IMG/VR virus record: IMGVR_UViG_3300030450_003626
Reading direction: 5' to 3' (one strand)
From: an uncultured virus (IMG/VR IMGVR_UViG_3300030450_003626)
Taxonomy: Duplodnaviria; Heunggongvirae; Uroviricota; Caudoviricetes
DNA length: 20,000 nt
Shown: positions 1 through 6,406 of the stretch, piece after piece
Layout of the letters: each line of letters opens with the position of its first letter
How positions within the stretch are numbered: position 1 is the stretch's first letter
Notes under the pieces: model-generated
Told to the model about the DNA's origin: nothing
Seen by the model: the letters and a program-made list of their open reading frames with translations, nothing else
Databases searched by the model: none
Made by a program: the position numbers and the translations under genes

Positions 1-44
1 GCGGTGCCATAGCTTCGGCGGGTCCGGTCACCCTGTCTTCGTAA
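1..44 (+). CDS. 3' end of an upstream gene (partial; ...GAIASAGPVTLSS*), probably a virion protein
   Basis: Open frame from 3 to TAA at 42-44, followed by GAGGTG (47-52) and the next ATG at 57. Only 13 codons are visible, so the product is inferred from context. Confidence 0.45.
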   Translation, partial: GAIASAGPVTLSS

Positions 45-56
45 TAGAGGTGCTTC

Positions 57-701
57 ATGGCATTCACGTTTACAACACTTAAAACAGCAATCCAAGATTA
101 CGTTCAAAGCACGGAATCGACCTTTGTTAGTCAGTTGCCGCGTTTTATCATTAACGCCGAAGAACGGATTCTTAAAGAAGCTCAGTTGGATGTTTTTCGT
201 AAGAACTCACAAGGTACGTTGACTTCTGGTAATTCTTATCTTGCGAAGCCCAGCGATTTTCTTGCTCAAAACTCTTTGAGCGTCATAGTCTCCTCGAGCA
301 AGGAGTTCCTGTTATACAAGCAGGTCACGATGTTGCAGGACTACACGCCAAATCCCGCGACAACAGGAGTTCCGTTGTATTACGGTGATTGGGACCAAAA
401 AACATTTTTGGTCGCGCCAACCCCAGATTCAAACTACACCGTAGAGCTACACTATTTCTACCGGCCGCAATCCATTACGGAGTCCTCCGATGGAACAAGT
501 TGGTTAGGGACAAACGCAGAATTGGCGTTGTTGTATGGGTCACTTTTTGAAGCTTACACGTTCCTCAAGGGAGAGCCCGACCTTTTGAGCCTCTACAACC
601 AACGATACGGCGAATCTCTGCAATGGTTGAAGAACCTTGGAGAAGGCTTGCAGACACGCGATCAGTACAGATATGATCGTGTTAGAAGGGGAGTTGCGTA
701 A
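57..701 (+). CDS. Putative head-tail adaptor / tail tubular protein A-like protein (214 aa)
   Basis: RBS GAGGTG. Motifs LKTAIQDY, FIINAEERI, GVPLYY, LVAPTPDSNYTVELHYFYRP and LLYGSLFEAYTFLK resemble podovirus adaptor proteins as I recall them. Located upstream of the tail genes. Confidence 0.7.
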   Translation: MAFTFTTLKTAIQDYVQSTESTFVSQLPRFIINAEERILKEAQLDVFRKNSQGTLTSGNSYLAKPSDFLAQNSLSVIVSSSKEFLLYKQVTMLQDYTPNPATTGVPLYYGDWDQKTFLVAPTPDSNYTVELHYFYRPQSITESSDGTSWLGTNAELALLYGSLFEAYTFLKGEPDLLSLYNQRYGESLQWLKNLGEGLQTRDQYRYDRVRRGVA

Positions 702-703
702 CA

Positions 704-991
704 GTGGACGGCTCCGCTCACAGTAAACTAGGAAATGCGCTAGTTTTTACGTCTGATAACGGGGGTCATTCGCCAGAACAAATGGCGGAGATGGCGCTTA
801 ACAAGATAATGGTTGTTTCGGAAACCGCCCCGCCTGTTATACGAGATCAGGCACTTGCTTATAGAGATCACATACGGGAAGTATTGGGTTTTTACATGGC
901 CAAGATGGCAGAAAACGAAAGAACTAGTATCTACGTTTTATTGAAACAGCAAGGCCATCACGATATGGCCGAGATTATAAGGAGTTTGTAA
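704..991 (+). CDS. Hypothetical phage protein (95 aa, GTG start)
   Basis: GGGGAG upstream of GTG; fills the gap between neighbours; its stop overlaps the next start (TAATG). Confidence 0.75.
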   Translation: MDGSAHSKLGNALVFTSDNGGHSPEQMAEMALNKIMVVSETAPPVIRDQALAYRDHIREVLGFYMAKMAENERTSIYVLLKQQGHHDMAEIIRSL

Positions 992-1500
992 TGGCTATTG
1001 GATCATCCGCAGTTTGCGGAAGTTACAAGCGTGAGATAAATGCGGGCATTCATTTTTGGACTTCGCACTCCCGTGGGGACGGCACTACCATTAACGCAGA
1101 TACCTTTAAGATAGCGTTGTTCACCAACAGTTCGTCTATTGATGCCGACACCACGGGTTATTCAACAAGCAACGAGGTTAGCGGTACGAACTACACCGCA
1201 GGCGGAGAAGCGTTGTCGAGTGTAACGATAGGACTCGCAGACAACAGCAGTTCTGTTCCTACAGCGTTTATAGACATGGCGGATGTTACGTGGTCTTCAG
1301 CCACTATTACGGATGCGCGAGGTGCCCTGATTTATAACTCTACGTTAGCAAACGCAGGAACCGCGGGCACTACAACCCACGCGGCAAAGCCCGCCGTTTG
1401 TGTGATTAACTTTGGCGCGGACAGTTCTTCGAGTGCCGGTAACTTTACTGTTACGATGCCCACAAACGACGCTAACAACGCTTTGATTCGTATTGCGTAA
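991..1500 (+). CDS. Putative virion structural / tail-associated protein (169 aa)
   Basis: RBS AAGGAG; S/T/A/G-rich. Motifs FKIALFT, NEVSGTNYTAGG, ARGALIYN and AVCVINFG resemble small structural proteins of marine phages. TAATG coupling at both ends. Confidence 0.65.
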   Translation: MAIGSSAVCGSYKREINAGIHFWTSHSRGDGTTINADTFKIALFTNSSSIDADTTGYSTSNEVSGTNYTAGGEALSSVTIGLADNSSSVPTAFIDMADVTWSSATITDARGALIYNSTLANAGTAGTTTHAAKPAVCVINFGADSSSSAGNFTVTMPTNDANNALIRIA

Positions 1501-2072
1501 TGTCTGTTTTTGGCTGGGGCAGAGGGACTTGGAACTCCGGGGCGTGGAATAGTTCTCTTCCAGTTACGGGAGTGTCCGCTGCTACGGCGGTTGGTAGTGT
1601 ACGAGTAGACATACAGCTTTCCGTCACGGGAATTTCTGCTTCGACGGCAGTTGGCAGTGTTACGGTAGTTGGAACGGCGAACGTTACTCCTTCTGGGGTA
1701 TCTTCGGCCACAGCGGTTGGTAGTGTAACTGTAGCGGGAGCGGCGAACGTTACTCCTTCTGGGGTATCTGCTGCTACAGCGGTTGGTAGTGTAACTATCA
1801 GCGTTGTTATGTCAGTTACGGGGGTATCTGCTGCTACAGCGGTTGGTAGTGTAAGTGTATCGGGAACGGCGAACGTTACTCCTTCTGGGGTATCTGCTGC
1901 TACAGCGGTTGGTAGTGTAACTGTAAACATCTCAACCGGGGTTACAGGGGTGCAAGCCTCTACGGCGGTTGGCAACGCATTTGTCTGGGGTATAATAGTT
2001 CCGGGGCAGACACCTGAATGGGGCGGAATAGTTCCGGGGCAGACACCTGAATGGACTGATATAGCGGCATAG
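1500..2072 (+). CDS. Repetitive beta-rich putative virion protein (190 aa)
   Basis: Trp/Gly-rich N-terminus (GWGRGTWNSGAW), seven GVSAATAVGSV-type repeats and a C-terminal IVPGQTPEW duplication; coupled to the upstream gene. Confidence 0.7.
   Translation: MSVFGWGRGTWNSGAWNSSLPVTGVSAATAVGSVRVDIQLSVTGISASTAVGSVTVVGTANVTPSGVSSATAVGSVTVAGAANVTPSGVSAATAVGSVTISVVMSVTGVSAATAVGSVSVSGTANVTPSGVSAATAVGSVTVNISTGVTGVQASTAVGNAFVWGIIVPGQTPEWGGIVPGQTPEWTDIAA
1563..1976 (+). repeat. Coding tandem repeats, seven units of about 19-21 codons (G[VI]SAATAVGSV core)
   Basis: GGGGTATCTGCTGCTACAGCGGTTGGTAGTGTAA occurs three times exactly, and GGCGAACGTTACTCCTTCTGGGGTATCT occurs three times exactly. Confidence 0.9.
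1994..2054 (+). repeat. Exact 28-nt direct repeat with 33-nt period (IVPGQTPEW x2)
   Basis: AATAGTTCCGGGGCAGACACCTGAATGG at 1994-2021 and 2027-2054. Confidence 0.9.
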
Positions 2073-2081
2073 GAAGAGAAC

Positions 2082-3773
2082 ATGGCTTCTACCTTTACGA
2101 CAAGTTTTGGCATAGAGAAGATTGGATCCGGAGAGCAATCAGGAACGTGGGGTACTACGACCAACCACAATTTTGATCTTCTGGACCGCATCGCTTCCTA
2201 TACCACCGTGGCGTTGTCTGGTTCGACCCATACTTTGACAGTACGTGAAGCATCCCCAGGTTCTGGTACTGAAAACCTTCAAGATGGTATGTACCGGGTT
2301 ATTAAATTTACGGGGGCGTTAGGAGCAAATAACACCGTAACTATCGCCCCGAATACGGCAAAGACATACTTTATTATTGAAAACGCCACTACCGATTCTG
2401 GTTCTAGCGGGCCGTATTCCGTTATTCTTTCTCAAGGTACAGGCGCAAACGTCACCGTCCAAAACGGTAAAAACGCGGTTGTTTATTGTGATGGCGCGGG
2501 TTCTGGCGCTGCCGTTGTCGATGCTCTCGCGGATCTTCAAATTGGTACGTTGGAAGTTACTGGCGCGGCCGCAATTGATGGTGCTGCTACACTAGGTAGT
2601 ACTCTTGCGGTTACGGGCGCAGTGACGGGCAGTTCGACTATTCAAGGTACAACCATAACTGCCACTACAGCGTTTGTGCCAGATGCGTCAGATGGTGCTG
2701 CGCTTGGTACAACTTCATTAGAATTTAGTGATCTTTATCTCGCTGACGGTGCTGTAATTGGTTTTGGTGATGACCAAGATGTAACGCTGACCCATGTTGC
2801 TGATACTGGACTGCTTTTAAACAGTACAATGGCGCTTCAGTTTAATGACGCTTCTCAATATATCAACGCCCCAAGCGCCACTATTCTAGATATCAATGCT
2901 ACAGATGAGATTGAACTTAACGCTACATTAGCAGATGTTAATGCCAACCTAGATGTGTCAGGTACTATAGTGGGCGCATCTACTATCCAAGGCACAACTA
3001 TTACGGCTACAGGTAACTTAATCGCTAGTGGAACGGTTGAACCAGCAGGAGATACCTCTGCCGGTGACAACGCTGCAATTGGTTACACTGCCGCCGAAGG
3101 ATTGATCTTAACCGGACAAGGCAGCACATCGGATCTGACGGTCAAAAATGACGCCGACGAAACAGTTTTTACGGTGCCAACCGGCTCCGACGATATTTTG
3201 TTTCCCGATAACGCTAAAATTCTACTTGGCGCTGGTAGCGATCTAGAGATTTATCATTCCGGAAGTCACAGTTATATTAACGACGCCGGGACAGGCAATT
3301 TGTATTTAGCTGGCGACAACTTGGCGCTAACGTCTGCCGGTACATCCGAAAGTTATCTTCAGGCAGTTAAAGACGGTGCGGTTACTCTTTATCACGACAA
3401 TAGTGCGAAAATCGCAACGACCTCTGTTGGGGCAACTGTTACTGGCACGCTGATAGCCACCACAGATACAGACACAAGTAATACTGGCAGTGTCACTCTA
3501 GATTTTGGAGCTAACCAAAATTTTGTGCTTACATTTACCGGAAACGTCACTCTAGCTAATCCATCTACAGAACAGGTTGGACAGGCTGGTGTTATAGTTT
3601 GTATTCAGGACGGGACCGGTAGCAGAACGCTTAGTCTGGGAACAGACTACGAAACTGCTGGAGGTTCTGGAATTACTCTTAGCACGGCAGCTAATGCGGT
3701 TGATGTTATACCATACTTTGTTAAGGCTTCTGGTTCAATCCAGTTAGGCGCACCACAACTGGCTTTCAGCTAA
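2082..3773 (+). CDS. Putative tail fibre protein (563 aa)
   Basis: N-terminal GEQSGTWGTTTNHNFDLLD attachment-type motif; G/T/A/D-rich fibre segments (FGDDQDVTLTHVADTGLLLNS, LGAGSDLEIYHSGSHSYI, GAVTLYHDNS); C-terminal IQDGTGSRTL...LSTAANAVDVI module typical of phage fibre tips. Confidence 0.75.
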   Translation: MASTFTTSFGIEKIGSGEQSGTWGTTTNHNFDLLDRIASYTTVALSGSTHTLTVREASPGSGTENLQDGMYRVIKFTGALGANNTVTIAPNTAKTYFIIENATTDSGSSGPYSVILSQGTGANVTVQNGKNAVVYCDGAGSGAAVVDALADLQIGTLEVTGAAAIDGAATLGSTLAVTGAVTGSSTIQGTTITATTAFVPDASDGAALGTTSLEFSDLYLADGAVIGFGDDQDVTLTHVADTGLLLNSTMALQFNDASQYINAPSATILDINATDEIELNATLADVNANLDVSGTIVGASTIQGTTITATGNLIASGTVEPAGDTSAGDNAAIGYTAAEGLILTGQGSTSDLTVKNDADETVFTVPTGSDDILFPDNAKILLGAGSDLEIYHSGSHSYINDAGTGNLYLAGDNLALTSAGTSESYLQAVKDGAVTLYHDNSAKIATTSVGATVTGTLIATTDTDTSNTGSVTLDFGANQNFVLTFTGNVTLANPSTEQVGQAGVIVCIQDGTGSRTLSLGTDYETAGGSGITLSTAANAVDVIPYFVKASGSIQLGAPQLAFS

Positions 3774-5428
3774 TGACTATGTTTGCCTCACAATGGCTTG
3801 CTAATGCGGACAGTGGCTATGACACAAGTCTGATCGGCAATTCTGTCTGGTTAGATTCATCCGACTATCTGAGCCGTTCCACCAGTAGCCACAGCAGCAA
3901 CGAAGTTACGATGGCATGTTGGTTCCGAATTATGGAACCGTTGGCCACCGGCGGCTACGCCATAGAGCCGTTAATGAGCATCGGGAATAACTCTGCGTCG
4001 GGTGTTGGAAACTCTGTAATGAATTTTGAAGACGGCAAGGCTTCTTTTTCATGCGATGGCTATGGTGTAAAATCTTCTACGAACTTGATTAGAGACATTG
4101 GATGGTATCACATTCTTGGAAGTTGGAAACTTGACGAATCAACGGCAAGTAACAAAGGTAAGTTTTTCCTTAACGGTGTAGAAATCACTAGTTTTTCGCT
4201 CGATCAGCGAAGTTATTGGGCCTCAACTTTCAATAATAATAGTAAACAGCTTGTCGGTGCTTCGGCGAACTGGACCGGGAAAACTTATATTGCACAGGCG
4301 ATCATGCTTGACGGCCAATCAATTCAAGGCGGCGATGTTTCGATATCTGATTTTGTAGCTACACAGACTTTTTCGCCCAACGATGCTCAAATTGTTCCAA
4401 TAGCTGATGCAGATATAGCTGCGCTTGCGTCATCTGCTGGTGGGAATAGTTTTTGTTTAGACTTCTCCGACAGTTCGGCTCTCGGAAACGATATAAGCAG
4501 CAATAACAATGATCTAACTGCGACAAGCATGGCAGCAGCTAATCAGTCTGCTAACACACCCAGCAAGGTGTATCCGATTTGGAATCCGCTAGAGCCAACG
4601 GGCTCGACCATCACCTTGACTGAAGGTAATTTGCGAGCATCAGTTACAGGCGGTACCGATGGCGGTTCTATTGGAACAATAGCTTTGCCGACTTCCGGTA
4701 CATCCGAGTTTCAAATAAAAACAAATAACGGTTATGGCGCAGTAGGTATTATTGCTCATGATAACGCTGTAGTTGTCGATGAACCATCGAATAATGCTGC
4801 TTCCGGTGCTGGAGTCTTCTTTAATGCAGCATACCATTATATTGATGGCGGGAAGATTAGGCAAGTAATATCTTCTGGTCATAGTTATTTGCAAGAAAGC
4901 CTTTCCACATGGTCATCAAATGATGTGATCACAGTGCGATATAACGCCGATGATGATGAATTGAATTTTCTACTAAACAACAGTGCTATAGGAAGCACAG
5001 TTTCAACTGTTGCAGGATTAACCTATTACCCAGTTATTTCCCGTTGGAATAACTATGACATAACCGCGTATTTCGACTCTTCTGATTTTCCTCACACAAT
5101 AGGTACGGGAAATAAAGAAGTTAATAGTGCAAATTTAACGACAGAAACGTTTTCAAATCCAGCAACAGGATCGTTTAAGGGTAACGCAAGCACAAATGGG
5201 CCGCTTATTTTCTTGGGATTCAAGCCGTCGCTAGACGATGCGCTTACAATCAATTCAAATAGCGTTACTTATGGAACAGACGTTAGACTTACTTCTGACG
5301 GATTCAAAGTCATAAGCAGCAGTTCAAATTTTAACACAACCAGCGGAACAAACAGCTATTCAATTGTTACAGCAAACGCATTGCAAATCAATGGGAAGTT
5401 ACCTCCAGCAATTGCAGAGAAAAGCTAG
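3773..5428 (+). CDS. Putative tail fibre / receptor-binding protein with LamG/ConA-like and SPRY-like domains (551 aa)
   Basis: VTMACWFR...GWYHILGSW...KFFLNGVE is LamG-like. AVGI...NDVITVRYNADDDELNFLLNN...YYPVIS is SPRY-like. The linker FCLDFSDSSALGNDISSNNND lies between them. TAATG-coupled to the upstream fibre gene. Confidence 0.7.
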   Translation: MTMFASQWLANADSGYDTSLIGNSVWLDSSDYLSRSTSSHSSNEVTMACWFRIMEPLATGGYAIEPLMSIGNNSASGVGNSVMNFEDGKASFSCDGYGVKSSTNLIRDIGWYHILGSWKLDESTASNKGKFFLNGVEITSFSLDQRSYWASTFNNNSKQLVGASANWTGKTYIAQAIMLDGQSIQGGDVSISDFVATQTFSPNDAQIVPIADADIAALASSAGGNSFCLDFSDSSALGNDISSNNNDLTATSMAAANQSANTPSKVYPIWNPLEPTGSTITLTEGNLRASVTGGTDGGSIGTIALPTSGTSEFQIKTNNGYGAVGIIAHDNAVVVDEPSNNAASGAGVFFNAAYHYIDGGKIRQVISSGHSYLQESLSTWSSNDVITVRYNADDDELNFLLNNSAIGSTVSTVAGLTYYPVISRWNNYDITAYFDSSDFPHTIGTGNKEVNSANLTTETFSNPATGSFKGNASTNGPLIFLGFKPSLDDALTINSNSVTYGTDVRLTSDGFKVISSSSNFNTTSGTNSYSIVTANALQINGKLPPAIAEKS

Positions 5429-5440
5429 GAGAATAAAATA

Positions 5441-5944
5441 ATGTGGAAATACAATGGTAGAACAATTAACGAACGTAAGTCTTGGGTGGATGATAATGGC
5501 ATTCAGCACCCACCTAATTGGCATATCTGGTCGCCATCAGATAAAGCTGCTGCCGGTCTAACAGAGGTTGTCGAAGAGACACCTCCAGATAGTCGCTTGT
5601 ATACTTGGACTATGGATACAAACGGAAAGATAGATAAGACAGCTAGAAATTTAGATGATGTTAAAGCGAATTTAAAACGAGAAGTTAAGGATCAACAAGG
5701 TGCTTTGCTTACTCAAACTGATTGGGCAATTGTTCGCAAGGCGGATAATGGCACAGCTATTCCTTCAAACATCCAAGCTTGGCGGGATGCTATCCGCACT
5801 AAAGCAACCGCGATGGAAAATGCAATTGATGGAGCAGCGGACACAGATGCTATGTCTGCGCTGTTTGTGTCTTATACAACTAACGAAGACGGTAGCGTAA
5901 CCAAATCAGGTATCCTTTACGATTGGCCTGAATTAGAAAGTTAG
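5441..5944 (+). CDS. Putative tail fibre assembly chaperone (167 aa)
   Basis: RBS AGGAG; LLTQTDW...IPSNIQAWRDAIR matches the L..SDW...W..YR.ALR pattern of phage tail assembly chaperones; directly follows the fibre genes. Confidence 0.7.
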   Translation: MWKYNGRTINERKSWVDDNGIQHPPNWHIWSPSDKAAAGLTEVVEETPPDSRLYTWTMDTNGKIDKTARNLDDVKANLKREVKDQQGALLTQTDWAIVRKADNGTAIPSNIQAWRDAIRTKATAMENAIDGAADTDAMSALFVSYTTNEDGSVTKSGILYDWPELES

Positions 5945-5972
5945 ATATTATTACAAGAAGGAGAAAGATACG

Positions 5973-6218
5973 ATGGTTAAAGATGTAAACAAAGATAATA
6001 TAATTAATATTAATGGTACTGAGTACCACACTGATTCGTTTAATAACGAACAGAAATATGTGATTGCTCAGATCAAAGATTTGCAAGCTAGATTTGAAGT
6101 TGAAAAATTTAAGCTTGATCAAACTCAAGTTGCTTTACAATCTTTCACTTCTGCTCTTATTAAAAGTTTAGAAGAAAATAACGAAGAAGAGATTGTGTCT
6201 GAAAAGTTAGCATCGTAA
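5973..6218 (+). CDS. Small coiled-coil hypothetical protein (81 aa)
   Basis: RBS AAGGAG; ININGTEY beta-hairpin followed by a long amphipathic helix (QIKDLQARFEVEKFKLDQTQVAL). Confidence 0.75.
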   Translation: MVKDVNKDNIININGTEYHTDSFNNEQKYVIAQIKDLQARFEVEKFKLDQTQVALQSFTSALIKSLEENNEEEIVSEKLAS

Positions 6219-6238
6219 AATAAAAAAAAGGAGGAAGC

Positions 6239-6403
6239 ATGTTAGAAGAAGTAAAGACTGTTGGTGACGTTGTAGGGGTTGGATCGACGGTTGCTCTTTT
6301 AGCTGGATGGCTTCCTCCTTTAGTTTCTGTGATTACTTTAATTTGGTTTGGAATTAGAATATACGAAACAGATACTGTTCAGAAGCTTTTAAAAAAGAAA
6401 TAA
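6239..6403 (+). CDS. Small membrane protein, holin-like (54 aa; absent from the ORF track)
   Basis: Hand translation: MLEEVKTVGDVVGVGSTVALLAGWLPPLVSVITLIWFGIRIYETDTVQKLLKKK*. Strong RBS AAGGAGG, hydrophobic core and basic C-terminus; fills the gap to the ATG at 6407. Confidence 0.8.
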   Translation: MLEEVKTVGDVVGVGSTVALLAGWLPPLVSVITLIWFGIRIYETDTVQKLLKKK

Positions 6404-6406
6404 AGT

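Noticed and set aside
1563..2054. Repeats as a CRISPR array
   Set aside because: Periods are multiples of 3, the units encode peptide repeats, the intervening sequences are themselves repeated, and no cas genes are present.
1472..2191. 239-aa minus-strand ORF
   Set aside because: It is the antisense shadow of the repetitive 190-aa gene. The + strand genes have RBSs or TAATG coupling and fit the operon.
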